A stretch of DNA of 64,000 nucleotides from Octopus vulgaris (lineage: Eukaryota): the NCBI GenBank assembly GCA_951406725.2, contig OX597832.1, positions 59,396,001 through 59,460,000 on the forward strand, read 5' to 3'. Shown piece by piece: positions 1-14,272 of this stretch; positions within the stretch are counted from its first letter, which is position 1, and each line of letters begins with the position of its first letter. The translations under genes were made by a program, and so were the position numbers. A model generated the notes under the pieces. That model ran no database searches, was not told where the DNA came from, and worked only from the letters and a program-made list of their open reading frames with translations.

Positions 1-313
1 CGCTGAGGTCGACTTTGCCTTTCATCCATTCGGGGTCGATAAACTAAGTACCAGTTACGCACTGGATCGATGTAATCGACTTAATCCGTTTGTCTGTCCT
101 TGTTTGTCCCGTCTGTGTTTATCCCCTTGTGGGTAGTAAAGAAATAGGTATTTCGTCTGTTGTTACGTTCCGAGTTCAAATTCCGCCGAGGTCGACTTTG
201 CCTTTCATCCATTCGGGCTCGATAAATTAAGTACCAGTTGCGTACTGTGGTCGATGTAATCGACTGGCCCCCTCTCACAAAATTCCGACCTTGTGCCTAG
301 AATAGAAGAGAAT
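1..313 (+). mobile_element. SINE family B (dimeric, Deu/Nin-domain-like core), 5' end cut by window edge
   Basis: Two tandem copies of the core GAGGTCGACTTTGCCTTTCATCCnTTCGGGnTCGATAAAnTAAGTACCAG, a B-box-like GAGTTCAAATTCC and a tail CCTTGTGCCTAGAATAGAA. The same family recurs at ~2280-2505, 9718-10281, 15200-15430, 19285-19535, 27665-28015 and 34625-34860. Confidence 0.85.
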
Positions 314-314
314 A

Positions 315-445
315 CAGTAGTACCTCGGTTTACGAACACCTCCGATTACGAATAAACGGAGTCGCAAAGGCAAAATATAAGTTAGTCCTTGAGCACACAA
401 TGTTCCTGAAGGTCAGCTATGGTTTTCCTCGGTCACGAGTGGACG

Positions 446-512
<67 letters not shown>

Positions 513-562
513 AGTCATGATTTATTCGTAATCAGAGTCGTTTGAAAACCGAGGTACTTTTG
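315..562. mobile_element. Tigger/pogo-type MITE
   Basis: Imperfect TIRs CAGTAGTACCTCGGTTTACGAAC and GTTTGAAAACCGAGGTACTTTTG, flanked by TA on both sides, with an internal (TA)n. Confidence 0.7.
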
Positions 563-952
563 TATATGTTTATTTGTATATGTGTGAATATATGTATGTA
601 TGTTTGTTGTGTCCGTTTAAATTTAAATGTTTGATATCAATGAATGCGGCCTTGGAATGGTGGTGAAGTGTTTAAACTTGTAATGAGAGAAGAAACCGTA
701 AGAAATATTTATAAGGAACGCTGGCTAATACAGCAACGTGTCGATTTAATTTATTTTAATTTTGTAATTTAGGTGAGAGATAACTCAGCTTACTTATAAT
801 AGGGTATAATGAAATCTCCTACACACAAGAGACACCCCATAGAAACGCACATACACACACACAAACACACACAGGTATTCATTCATATATGCATAAGCAC
901 ATACATATATAACACACGTAAATACATACACTCACACACACATACATATATA

Positions 953-996
<44 letters not shown>

Positions 997-1125
997 AGAA
1001 AGTTAGAGAGAAGTGACAGACTAAGAGAGAGACAGATAGATAGTCAAATATCTATGGATATATATATGTGTGTGTGTGTGCATATATATGAATAAAAATA
1101 TATGAGCGTGTATGTATGAAGAGTA

Positions 1126-1232
<107 letters not shown>

Positions 1233-1366
1233 TTCACAACTCTTTACAGCTATCTAGGCTTCTGTTTGTCTCCTTCCAATTCTTCTTTCTTCATTCGTCT
1301 CGAACCAGAAGCAAAAGATGGTAGATTCAGTGAGAACGTGAGAGACATACAGACAGAGAGACAGAC

Positions 1367-1461
<95 letters not shown>

Positions 1462-1490
1462 AAAATAGATAGATAGGGAGAGAGAGAGAA

Positions 1491-1535
<45 letters not shown>

Positions 1536-2851
1536 AACATAGAGACAGACAGAGAAATAAAGTAATTCATAACTGTTCTAAAATTTTCTCTTTTCCACGC
1601 AATCCTTTTGGGCAAACAATGTGATATTGTGATATAAGTGTAATTATATTTGGAGAAACTCCGACGTGTCCTTTCCTCACATTAAACATCGATCATACAC
1701 GCCAAACATCTCCACTAATAAGATCAATGAAGAAAACGCTGCATGCCGACACTCAACCTAATGTAGTTGGTATTAAAACTAAAAACATTGATTGGTTTAT
1801 GTAACTACTCGTTGCTTACAAAGACAGTCTCATCTAGCTTTAAATACTAATTAAACTGGAAAGATAATTTACATAATTTACACAGAATTGGTTTATCTTA
1901 ATTGGATAGACGTTATTTAGTGATGTCTGTGGTGTATATTATGTATATATTAATGATTTGGTTGTTATTTTTAGCAGAGCGAGTCATCATGCTGGAGGTC
2001 ATATGTGATGGCTTATGTATCGACTAATGCGAGGGATGATTTTATATGTGGTTCTGTTTCTTGACTTGCAAGAAATAGCAGCTAAATACTGGTCTAATCA
2101 AACTATGTCATCTTAAAATTTTGATGGAGAAAGCTAAGTTTTACTTATTAAATGTTTCATGCCGAATTAAAAACAAAGCTTGGTGGTGGTCATGGTTGAA
2201 TCTGTATTGTTCATGTATCTGCTAAATTAGGATTAACATGAGTTTAACAAAAGCAGCTACGACAACAGCAAATAACGCTTTCAAATTTTGGCACAACGCC
2301 AGTAGGCTTCGAAAGGGGGTTAAATCGATTATATTGACTCCAGTCAATAACGGGTACGCTGCATAACTTGTTCGTATCAAACTTGGAAGGATAAAATGTA
2401 AAAGTCGACATCGGCGGAAATTGAACTCAGAACATAAAGACAGACGAAATGCCGTTAAGTATCTTCCCTGGCGCGCTAACCATTCTGCTAGTTCGTCGCC
2501 CTTAACAACAGCTATAATAAGTAAATGATGGATCAGCTCGGCACAGACTACTTGATATCTAAAAAGAGGACTAGAGTCACTTCAATAGACCTCAGTACAT
2601 AACTGGTACCATACTATGACCTAAGCAAACGTCTATCTTCTTTGGTGCCATGTCTATAGATTAATAATGGAAGAATTGGTGAAACCACGCCGCGCAAACT
2701 TCTTTCTGGGTGCCTTCCCTTATATATATATATATATATATATGGGTGAGAGAGTCGGTATGTGAAAGTACGTGGCTGGATGTATAAAAACAAAATAGAA
2801 CGAAAAATTACAGAAGACTTGTATTATATGGTAATAGAATATATATATATA

Positions 2852-3232
2852 GGCGCAGGAATGGATGTGGTAACTATCTTGCTTACCAGCCACATGGTTC
2901 CAGGTTCAGTCCCACAGCGTGGCATCTTGGGCAAGTGTCTTCTACCAGAGCCTCGGGCTGACCAAAGCCTTGTGAGTGGATTAGGCAGACGGGAAACTGA
3001 AAGAAGACCGTCGTAGATATATATATGTTTGTGTGTCTGTGTTTGTCACCCCCTCTATCGCTTGACAACCGATGTTGGTGTGTTTGCGACCTCGTATGCT
3101 AGCGGTTCGGCAAAAGAACGATAGAATAAGTAATAAGTTTACAAAGACTAGGTTCTGGAGTCGAATTGTTCGACTAAAGGCGGAGCTCCAGCATGGCCGC
3201 TGTGAAATGACTGAAACAATTAAAGGAATAAA
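2852..3232 (+). mobile_element. SINE family A (tRNA-derived head, LINE-like 3' tail)
   Basis: Head with A/B-box-like GGCGCAGGAnTGG..TGGTAA and GGTTCAGTCCC, then CTTGGGCAAGTGTC, and tail GCTCCAGCATGGCCGC..TGACTGAAAC. More than 15 full or partial copies occur in the window. Confidence 0.85.
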
Positions 3233-3233
3233 C

Positions 3234-3264
<31 letters not shown>

Positions 3265-3905
3265 CCTCTGTGTATTTGTGTGTCTCTGTGTGTATCTATC
3301 ACCATGACATTGCACATCGCCTTTATGATATTCAGTGAATAAATGCCAAGTTTAGCAAACTTGTAAATTGTTTTTGACGTTCAGGATTGTAGTGGTGCCG
3401 CACACAAAATGACACACACAAACACACATATATCCACACACGAGCACGTGCTTATATATGTGTTTATGAACGTCTAAATTTATATATATACATGTGTGTG
3501 TGTATGCATATATATATATATATACATACATACACACATATATATCTGCTTAAGTGTATCTGAACCATTGTGTCTATGTTATAGACACAATGTGTTATAT
3601 ATATATATATATACCTCACACGCCTACACACAGACGCACACACTAACACATACATATATTTTTTGTTTTTTTATCTCGCCTCACACACACACATACACAC
3701 ACGCACACGCACACACTCACACATACACACACATCTGTTGCGTTACCAACCTTGTCTCCACTCTTTTGCCTTTAAAAACCCACTTTGCTCTTGTTATCGT
3801 AAACATCCGCCTTTCACCATGTGTAACTCCTAAACACCAGTCGTTTTTTTCTCTATCTCCGTTGCCCGCTCTGGGATCTTTCTTTCCTCTCTCTTCCTTC
3901 TTTAT

Positions 3906-3940
3906 GTTTCCGACGAAGAGCTCCGCTCGAAACGTCATAC
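3906..3940 (+). ncRNA. Minimal type I hammerhead motif (family H1, U4C variant) in a short PLE-like repeat
   Basis: gttt CCGACGA a GAGC tcc GCTC GAAA CG TC atac. Downstream sequence (TTTCCTGAGCG..GTTTGGATTAA) is shared with the copy at 38098. Confidence 0.6.
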
Positions 3941-4132
3941 CTCCCTGCTTCCATTTCCTGAGCGCCTATTAATAATAATACTGTAATTGTTCCATTGTTG
4001 TTGTTTTTTTGTTTCCCGTTTGGATTAAAATTATATATATATATATATATATATAATATATGAGGTTGTGTCTATGTATGCTCTGGTTTGTGTGCGCTAT
4101 GTGTCTATAATATATATATATATATATATATA

Positions 4133-5642
4133 CAGTTGCGGCCAAAATGTTCAGAACGGCATTGTTTTCGTCAGAAAAGTAGATATAAGTTTTTATTAAA
4201 GTTGTTTTATATTCTATAATTTTCACAGACAATAAATACAATATTATTTGTTATTGTCTGAGATTTTGGGATTAATTTGAGAAGATAATAAAAAAGTTAT
4301 GGATGATTTAGTGATTTACTGCAAAACCCATGGCGGCCAAAATGATCAGAACGGTTGCTTTTACTCCATGTTTTAGTATATTTAACCGTCGAACTCTAAT
4401 GTTTTGAATTTGTTTACGTGGTAGTTAGTTTACTAACCATTAGTAAGAATATCTGCAGTTTACTTTGTTAATATAATGCCACTTACTCCGTTACCAATTC
4501 GTCAGCAGATTATTAAGCTTCGAAAGAAGGATAATTTAACTATTAAGTCTATTGCAAAGATTGTTAACAAGTCAAAAAGTGTTGTTCACGGTATTCTTAA
4601 GGTGTACGATGATTGTGGTTCGTGCGAAGCAAGAAAGTCTACAGGTAGGCCAAGAAAAACGACCAAGAGAGAAGATCGTGCTATGGTAAAGTTGGTTAAA
4701 AAGGAGAGATTTAAAACTGCTGCTGCTGTTTTTCGGGAAATGAGCATTGTACTGAAGAAAACTTTATCTCGAAAAACTGTGTCTTGTCGTTTAGTTGAAC
4801 ATGACCTACAAGCAAGAGCACCTGCAGTGAAGCCACTGATCAGCTCCAAGAATAAAAAGTGTCGTCTTACCTTTGCAACCGAACATGCGTTGTGGTCTCA
4901 AGAAAAATGGCAAACGGTGCATTTCAGTGATGAATCTAAGTCTATGTTATTTGGCTCAGATGGGAAAAGGTACGTTCGTCGAAAAGCAGGTGAAAAATTG
5001 TCACCTAAATGCCTTAAGACTAGTGTTAAATTCGGTGGAGGAAGTGTCATGGTTTGGGGGATGATATCTGGAGATGTTGTGGGCCCTTTGCTGCGATTAC
5101 ATGGAAAGGTAAATGCAGGAGTTTATAAACAACTTGTAAAAGATCATGTCTTGCCTGTGCGGAGAAATTCAACTAAGCGACCACCCATATTGATGCAGGA
5201 CAATGCCCCATGTCACAAGGCTAAGGTGGTCATGAACTTCCTCAAGGCTGAAAAGGTTATTGTTATGGATTGGCCTGCTCAAAGCCCAGAACTCAATCCT
5301 ATTGAAAATGTGTGGAATATTCTAGGAGAACGTTTGAAAGCCAGAAATCCTAAAACAACCGAGCAATTATGGAATGCCCTTCAGGAAGAATGGAATAAGA
5401 TCACCCAGCAAGAAATTGAAAATTTAATTTCCACATGCAGTCAAAAATGTCAAACTTTGATTGAAGCTAAAGGGCTTCAAACTAAATATGAAATAATTCC
5501 AGCATTCTCTGTCACTTTTTGACTATTTTGTTATTTTTTCAACCGTTCTGATCATTTTGGCCACCATGGGTTTTGCAGTAAATCACTATATCATCCATAA
5601 CTTTTGTATTATCCACTCAAATTACCCTAAAATCTCAGACAA
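4133..5642 (+). mobile_element. Tc1-like DNA transposon with IR/DR ends; outer part of right TIR missing
   Basis: TA|CAGTTGCGGCCAAAATGTTCAGAACGG at 4133 and an inner direct repeat GCGGCCAAAATGATCAGAACGG at ~4333-4354. Bases 5541-5642 are the reverse complement of ~4254-4356, followed shortly by (TA)n. Confidence 0.92.
4476..5522 (+). CDS. Tc1-family DD34E transposase (348 aa, uninterrupted)
   Basis: N-terminal HTH region, GRPRK linker, HFSDESK, VMVWG, MQDNAPCH, WPAQSPELNPIENVW (34 residues between the second D and E), and C-terminal GLQTKY. Confidence 0.95.
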   Translation: MPLTPLPIRQQIIKLRKKDNLTIKSIAKIVNKSKSVVHGILKVYDDCGSCEARKSTGRPRKTTKREDRAMVKLVKKERFKTAAAVFREMSIVLKKTLSRKTVSCRLVEHDLQARAPAVKPLISSKNKKCRLTFATEHALWSQEKWQTVHFSDESKSMLFGSDGKRYVRRKAGEKLSPKCLKTSVKFGGGSVMVWGMISGDVVGPLLRLHGKVNAGVYKQLVKDHVLPVRRNSTKRPPILMQDNAPCHKAKVVMNFLKAEKVIVMDWPAQSPELNPIENVWNILGERLKARNPKTTEQLWNALQEEWNKITQQEIENLISTCSQKCQTLIEAKGLQTKYEIIPAFSVTF

Positions 5643-5662
5643 AGTAATTTATTTTACTAATA

Positions 5663-5721
<59 letters not shown>

Positions 5722-5771
5722 GATTGAGTGAAAGACGAGCACACGCCATCAAATATACGTAGATATGTATG

Positions 5772-5819
<48 letters not shown>

Positions 5820-5865
5820 TATATATGTATATATATATATATATATATTTATTATTATTTTATTA

Positions 5866-6261
5866 TTTTACTTGTTTCAGTCATTTGACTGCGGCCATGC
5901 TGGAGCACCGCCTTTAATCGAGCAACTCGACCCCGGGACTTATTCTTTGTAAGCCCAGTACTTATTCTATCGGTCTCTTTTTGCCGAACCGCTAAGTGAC
6001 GGGGACGTAAACACACCAGCATCGGTTGTCATGCAATGCTAGGGGGACAAACACAGACACGCAAACACACACACGCATACATATATATATATATATACAT
6101 ATATACGACAGGCTTCTTTCAGTTTCCGTCTACCAAATCCACTCACAAGGCATTGGTCGGCCCGGGGCTATAGCAGAAGACACTTGCCCAATATGCCACG
6201 CAGTGGGCCTGAACCCGGAACCATGTGGTTGGTTAGCAAGCTACTTACCACACAGCCACTC
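5866..6261 (-). mobile_element. SINE family A, near full length
   Basis: Reverse-complement match to the family A head, body and tail. Confidence 0.85.
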
Positions 6262-6469
6262 GTATTAAATGTATGTATGCATGTATGCATGTATGTATAT
6301 GTGTGTGCGTTTGTGTATTTATATATGTACTGACCCGTATTCGTTCCTATACACATACACTGATAATTTATGTCGAAAACCGCGACCTATATCTAGCAGA
6401 CTCGTGGAACCACCAGGGAGAGTTAAAAGGATAAGAAATAGAGATATATGGGGTTAGAACGGGAGTATG

Positions 6470-7250
6470 GAGGAGAGACAGGCAGATAGACAGAAAGACA
6501 GGGGGTAGAGAGAGTGTCGGTGTGTCTGTGTGTGTGTGGGAGAGAGAGAATGAGAGGGAGAGAGAGAGTGAGAGAGAGCGGGAGAGAGGTTGGCAAGTGT
6601 AAACTACAGTGTAGATAATAAGAGCATCACATTGGGCGTAGATTTCGAAGCTTTTCTAAAAGGGCAATAACTGGTGGGTGAGGTAATAAGAGAGAGAGAG
6701 AGAGTGAGAGAGAGATGAAGAGGGAGGGAGAGACAGAGAGAGATAGAGACAGTAGAGGAAAGAGAGAGGGAGAGATACAGTAGGAAAAAGAGAGAGAGAG
6801 AGAGAAGACAGTAGGGGAGATATAGATAGTACGAGAGAGAGGGAGGGAGAGCGAAACAGAGGGAGAGAGAGACATTAAGGGAGAGAGAGAGGGTGAGAGA
6901 GACAGAGGAAGAAAGAGATAGGAAAGATAGAGACAGAGGGAGAGAGGGTGACAGATAGAGGGAGAGAAAGGGAGAGAGCGAGAGAGGGTGACAGGGGAAG
7001 AGAGAGAGACAGAGAGAGCGGGAGAGACAGAAGAGAAGAGAGGGAGACATGGAGAAAGAGAGAGAGAGAGAGAGAGAGAGAAGAGGATGACAGAGAAAGA
7101 GAGAGACAGGCAGGCAGAGGAACAGACAAAGGGTGGGAGCTGAAAGTGAAGTGTTAAAAAGAGACAGAAGATGGAGTAGGAAAATAGTGATCACGTGACA
7201 GAAATTAAGAGAGAGAGAGAGAGAAAAAGTGGGAGAGAGAGGGAGAGTGT
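6470..7250. repeat. Degenerate (GA)n purine tract
   Basis: About 780 bp dominated by GA/GAGA/GACA units. Confidence 0.9.
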
Positions 7251-7489
7251 CAAATGATAAAAATGAGTGCGTGTGTGTATGTGTGCGTGTGTGCGTGTGT
7301 GTGAGTGTGTGTTGGGGTGGAATGGTGAACGCCCAAACTGTTGTCGGAGTGACTAACTTTGTAATGTAACAAAAGACATCAGAGACAAGGTGACCGATAA
7401 AATTTTAACACGGGACATTTTTACCCACCCAAAAACTAAGGCACAAACAAGCAGAAAACATACACACACACACACATACGAACACATAC

Positions 7490-7578
<89 letters not shown>

Positions 7579-7710
7579 TGTGTGGACATAATATACACCA
7601 ACTGACTCACAAACAATAAAATACAAAATATACAAAATCCGACTTAGTACATTGTGGGAAAAAAGATGGAGATGTGATACGAAGGGTGTTTAAGAGAAGC
7701 TGAGCAGACG

Positions 7711-7869
7711 TTGATGATGATTATGATGATGATGATGATAACGATGATGATGACGACGATGACGACGACAACAACGACGACGACGATGGTGATGATGATG
7801 ATGATGACGAAGATGAAGATGGTTGATGATGATGATGGTGAAGGTAATGATGGTAATGACGATGATGGC

Positions 7870-7938
<69 letters not shown>

Positions 7939-8464
7939 AATGCTGATGATGATGATCGCGATGGTAATGACGATGATGGCGATTATTATGATAATGATGA
8001 TGATGATGATGATGATAATGCTGATGATGATGATCGTGGTGGTTATGACGATGATGGCGATGATGATGATGATAACGACGTCGACGACGACAACGATGAC
8101 GACGATGATGATGATGTTGGTGATGGTGGGGATGACAATGTTGATAACAGTGATGATGCTGACGACGCTGATAAGGGTGATGACAATGCTGGTGTCGGGG
8201 GAAGTGTTCTTCGTATGTGGTAATGATGATGGCGACGATAACGGTGGTGATGGTGATGATGAAATTTTTGTAGGTGGTCGTGGTCGCCGTTGTAGTTGAT
8301 CGTGGTAGATCACTAACATAATGGCTGTAGGTCTTTTTGTTGTTGTTAGGGAGGATGGTGGGTGATCGCAGCGTGCTGGCTCTGACCCTTGCGCTGATGA
8401 TCATGATGATGACGATAATGATGATGATGGCGGTGGTGAGGATGATGAAGGTGGTGATGATGAC

Positions 8465-8519
<55 letters not shown>

Positions 8520-8658
8520 GTGGTGATGACGACGACGATGATGGTGATGAGGATGATGATGATGATGAAGTCGACGGCAGCGACGATGATGATGATGATA
8601 ATGGTGGTAGTGGAGATACTGGTAGTATTGATGATGATGATGGTGTTGATGATGATGG

Positions 8659-8703
<45 letters not shown>

Positions 8704-8855
8704 CGATGACGACGACGATGGTGCTGGTGCTGGTGCTGGTGCTGGTGCTGGTGATAGAGAAATGAATGATGATGATGATGACAACGACAATTATCGTGAT
8801 GATGATGATGATAATGATGATGATGATGATGATCATCATCATCATCATCGTCATG
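7711..8855. repeat. Compound (GAT/GAC/GGT)n trinucleotide repeat field
   Basis: Directly visible; it generates the poly-D/M/I/H/S pseudo-ORFs. Confidence 0.95.
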
Positions 8856-9044
8856 ATTGCTGCGTGTGAGGTTGACTCTGTTGTTACTGATAGTGTGCCT
8901 CGCAATCCTGATGGCGATGTTGCATGCTCGAATTATTATTCGTCCTGGTTCTAGCGTTAATCATGATGTTGAGCAATAGCATGCTCGCAATGGACCTAGT
9001 TGTAGTGATGGTTATGACAATAGGTAGAAACCTTCTTTCGATGT

Positions 9045-9497
9045 GAAGGGGCGTGGCTTAATGGTCAGAGTATTCGGTTCACGATCGTAAAATTGTCAGT
9101 TCGACTCCCGGCGGTGCGTTGTCTCCTTCACGCAAGACAAATCTTCCCCCGTTATCATCATCATCATCATCATCATCATCATTGTTATCATCATCACAAA
9201 CATCACCGCCATCACTACCACTACCACTGCTATTATTAACCTACCCCTCGTCATCATCGTCGTCGTCGTCGTCGTTGTCGTCGTCACATCGCTCCAGTCC
9301 ACCTAGCTGGCAAAAATGAGTTGTACCTGTAATTCAAAGGGGCCAGCCTTGTCACATTCTGTGTCACGCTGAATCTCCCGTTTAAGGGTATGTGTGTATG
9401 TGTGGCACTCAGCCACTTGCATGTTAATCTTACAATTAGGCTGAGCCGTTGATCGGATCAAGCTGAACCCACAACGTTGAAACAGACGGAGTTCCAG
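9045..9497 (+). mobile_element. Old tRNA-derived SINE sharing its 3' half with family C, interrupted by (CAT)n
   Basis: Head GGGCGTGGCTTAATGGTCAGAG..AGTTCGACTCCC. The 3' part GTACCTGTAATTCAAAGGGGCCAGCCTTGTCAC..GACGGAGT resembles 33885-34060. Confidence 0.65.
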
Positions 9498-9717
9498 TTT
9501 TGATGTTTCTGACAATGAAGATGTTGGTAAATCGAAATACTTTGGCTGTGGTGGAACTGGCAATAACGTCGATGGTGAGTCGTAAAGAATGGTTGACTGA
9601 GGATCAGGTGTGGATGACGAAGCCAAGAAATGGTTGAGTGACCTTTTAATGGTCAGACTGTGATATAGATGGCACTGTTTAATCTAGCTTGCCTTGGAAA
9701 CGACTCATGATAATCTG

Positions 9718-10281
9718 TTCTACTCTAGGCACAAGGCCCAACATTTTTGAGGAGTGGGAAAGTCGATTAGTATACAACAGGTAATTGATTTATCGACCCC
9801 GAAAGTATGAAAGGCAAAGTCGACCACGGTGGAATTTGAACTCAGAACGTAACGGCAGAGGAAATACCTATTTCTTTACTACCCACAAGGGGCTAAACAC
9901 ACAGGGGACAAACAAGGACAGACAAACGGATTAACTCGATTATATCGACCCCAGTGTGTAACTGGTACTTATTTAATCGAACCCGAAAGGATGAAAGGCA
10001 AAGTCGACCTCGGCGGAATTGGAACTCACAACGTAACGGCAGACGAAATACCGCTAAGAATTTCGTCCGGCGTGCTAACGTTTCTGCCAGCTCGCCGCCT
10101 TACAAAGGGATTAAGTCAATTACATCGACCCCAGTGCATAACTGGTACTTATTTAATCGACCCCGAAAGGATGAAAGGCAAAGTCGACCTCAGCGGAATT
10201 TAAACTCAGAACGTAACAGTAGACGAAATACTGCTAAGCATCTCGCCCGGCATGTTAACGTTTCTGCCAGCTCGCCGCCTT
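9718..10281 (-). mobile_element. SINE family B, multimeric (three core units)
   Basis: Three copies of the core reading TCGAnCCCGAAAGnATGAAAGGCAAAGTCGACC and two 5' heads (TTTCTGCCAGCTCGCCGCCTT at ~10081 and ~10261). Confidence 0.85.
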
Positions 10282-10549
10282 AGACGACTTATAATAATGA
10301 ATGGCTATGGTAATGCGAGAGTCATTGGTCGTTTACTGTTGTTGATGTTGTTGCTGCTGTGCTGCTGTTGCTGCTCCTGCCACAACTTCTGCTGGTGGTG
10401 GTGGTTGTGGTGATGGTGAGTGTTTGGTGATTTTCGGCACTGCAATCAGGAAGGTAAACTTTTCAATCGGTATATAATAGATAAATATAAAAAAAAGGTC
10501 AAAATAATTGAAGGAAAACACTCGTCATGTAAATTATTTCACCACCATA

Positions 10550-10920
10550 AAGACGTCGATGACGACGACCACCACCTCCACCACAAACATCATCATCATC
10601 ATCATCATCATCATCACAACCACCACCACCACCATGACTACCAACGTTATTATTATCTTGCCCCGCATCATCATCAACATCATAATCGTCATCATCATCA
10701 TCATCATCACCATCATCATTATCATCGGTGTCATTGTCGTCGTCGTCATTGTCAAGGATGCTGTCTTCGTTGTGGTCGTCATCATAATCTCCATCGTAAT
10801 CACCGTAGGTGACACTGACATCATCATCATCATCATCATACTCTCGTCGTCGTCATCGTCATCATCTTCATCATCATCACCATCATAATTATTAGGCGCA
10901 GCAGCAACAACATCAGCAGC

Positions 10921-10952
<32 letters not shown>

Positions 10953-11039
10953 CAGTAGTAGCAGTAGTAGCAGTAGTAATAGTATTAGTGGTGGTGGTGG
11001 TGGTAGTAGTAATAATATTAGTTGTTATTGTTGTTGTCA

Positions 11040-11096
<57 letters not shown>

Positions 11097-11179
11097 CAGC
11101 AACAGCAGTGGTAGTAGTAATAGCAGTAGCAGCAGCAGCAGCAATAGCAGTAGTAGTAGTAGTAGTAGTAACAGCAGCT

Positions 11180-11255
<76 letters not shown>

Positions 11256-11280
11256 TTGCTGTCGTTATAGTAGCGGCAGC
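10550..11280. repeat. (CAT)n and (AGT/AGC)n trinucleotide repeats
   Basis: Directly visible. Confidence 0.95.
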
Positions 11281-11671
11281 CGTTGTAGGAACCGTGTTTT
11301 GTGACAACAATGGCGAACCGTCTTCGATTCAATATTCCGGATCGACGCCCGGCCACAATCTCCATTTGCCTTCTGACGACCAATCAATACAAACGGCAAA
11401 CACTGTTCCCAGCCAGGCGCATGTCTTAACATGATATTGGCAGATTTTCTAAACACTCAGCACTCAGACCCCAGATCCCCGTATTACACAAAGACAGGTA
11501 CACACACACATGCAAATATACAAGACCAACCATATATGTATTCGTATATATATATAAATATATATATATATATACATACATATAAATGAATGTGTGTGTA
11601 TATATATGTGTGAGTATGTGCATGTGAATGTGTATATATATATATATAACTATATATATATACACATTCAC

Positions 11672-11713
<42 letters not shown>

Positions 11714-11795
11714 GTGTGAGAATATGTATGTGAATGTGTGCGTATATATACAAATACGTGTGTGTGTACATATATATACATACATGTACATGTGC

Positions 11796-11830
<35 letters not shown>

Positions 11831-12059
11831 CGTAAATACATTTGCCTGTGTATATATATATTCGTATATATGTGTATGTATGTGTGCGTATGTATGTAGG
11901 TATGTATGTATATGTATTATATGTATGTATGTGTGTGTACGTGTATGTGTGGGTGTTTGTATGTTGTTTCTTTGTTTAAATATTTTTATTTAATGTTTCG
12001 ACTTTTCCTTCGTTCATTTCCTTCATTCTTTCTCTCTTTCTCTCTCCTTCTCTCTCTTC

Positions 12060-12097
<38 letters not shown>

Positions 12098-12244
12098 GTC
12101 CTCTCCTCGCTTTCTTTTATTTCTATCTTTGTTTTTCGTTTTGTTTTCCTTCTTTTTGCATTCTGTTTTTTTTTATCTTCTTTTCTTTCCAAAAACATTT
12201 CGTTTGTGAATATAACCTTCTCACGTTGTAGTTGGTACTACTAT

Positions 12245-12568
12245 CGTCGTCATCATCATCATCATCACTGCCATCATCGTTCTTGACAGCATTACCATCA
12301 TCATCCTTACCGTCATCATCATCGTCGTCATCATCGTCAGCATCATCATCATCATCTTCATCATCACCATCGTAATCAACGTCATCACCATCATTATCAT
12401 CCTCCAACTCCTCTTCCCCATCATCACCATAATACATCATCATCATCATCATCATCATTTCATAATCTTCATCATCACCATCACCATCATCATCATCCTC
12501 ATCATCATCATCATCATCATGAGCATCATCATCACCATCACCATCACCATCATCATCATCATCATCAT

Positions 12569-12599
<31 letters not shown>

Positions 12600-12693
12600 G
12601 TCGTCGTCGTCGCCATCATCATTATTACTATTATTTTTATTATTTTTATTACTATTATTGTTGTAGTTATTATTATTATCATCATCATCATCA

Positions 12694-12735
<42 letters not shown>

Positions 12736-12750
12736 GTATTATCATCATCA

Positions 12751-12823
<73 letters not shown>

Positions 12824-12831
12824 CATCGTCA

Positions 12832-12928
<97 letters not shown>

Positions 12929-12960
12929 CATTATTATTATTATTATCATCATCATCATCA

Positions 12961-12991
<31 letters not shown>

Positions 12992-13011
12992 CATCATCAT
13001 CATCGTCATCA

Positions 13012-13045
<34 letters not shown>

Positions 13046-13060
13046 CATCATCGTTATTAT
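12245..13060. repeat. (CAT)n/(TAT)n trinucleotide field
   Basis: Directly visible. Confidence 0.95.
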
Positions 13061-13326
13061 TGCTTGCTTCTTTTGTGTTCACGTTGTTCTAGTTTGTTGC
13101 GTACGAGTGTCCAAGCGGCGTGTGTCTACCTGACGCGTCCGCGTACAATCATACATATGCATTCGCCTGGTTCTCTGTGACTGTCAGTGTGTATTGAAAG
13201 GGGGGAAGCGAGCGGTGCTTGTATATGTCAGCGCATAGTAGTGATGGTAACGGCATTATTGGCACTAGTAATAATGGCGTGGTGGGGGCCGCTGTAGCAG
13301 CATTAACAAGCACAATAGTAACAAAA

Positions 13327-13372
<46 letters not shown>

Positions 13373-13455
13373 TTATACATACGTACATACATCCAGATAT
13401 ATATATATATGTATATATGTCTGCGTGTATATATATACACACATATACATACGGA

Positions 13456-13486
<31 letters not shown>

Positions 13487-13519
13487 ATGTATATATGTAT
13501 ATATATATACACATATATG

Positions 13520-13566
<47 letters not shown>

Positions 13567-13659
13567 ATATATGTCTGCGTGTATATATATATAGACACAT
13601 ATATATACGGATATATACATATATATATATATATGTATATATGTATATATATATACACA

Positions 13660-13740
<81 letters not shown>

Positions 13741-14241
13741 ATATATATATATCAAGCAAGGAGAGGAACACGACTAAACGTGATGTGAACAACATCGGGA
13801 AGATAAACCATTGCTCAATGCGGCTCTCACTTAATGATCAGATTAAATTCGGGGGCACAACGCAACATGATAACATAGTTGTTATTGCTATCGTTGTTGC
13901 GGTTGTTGTTGTTGTTGCTGTTGTTGTTGTTGCGTTCGTTATTTTTTGTTTTTCAGTCTACCTTTTGGTTCTTTGTTATTTTTTTTTCCATTTATTTGTC
14001 CATTTGTTTATTCGTATTCATGTTGTTTTTCTCTTATGATTATTATTATTATTATTGTTGTTGTTGTTGTCATCGTCGTCGTTGTTGTTGCTGTTGTTGT
14101 TGTTAGTAGAACAACTGCTATGAGTTTCCCGATTGGCATTATCCTCAACATCATCATTATCACCACCACTACCACCACCACAACCATCATCATTATCGTC
14201 ATCGTCGTCGCCATTGTCGCCATCACCGTCGTCGTCGACGC

Positions 14242-14272
<31 letters not shown>

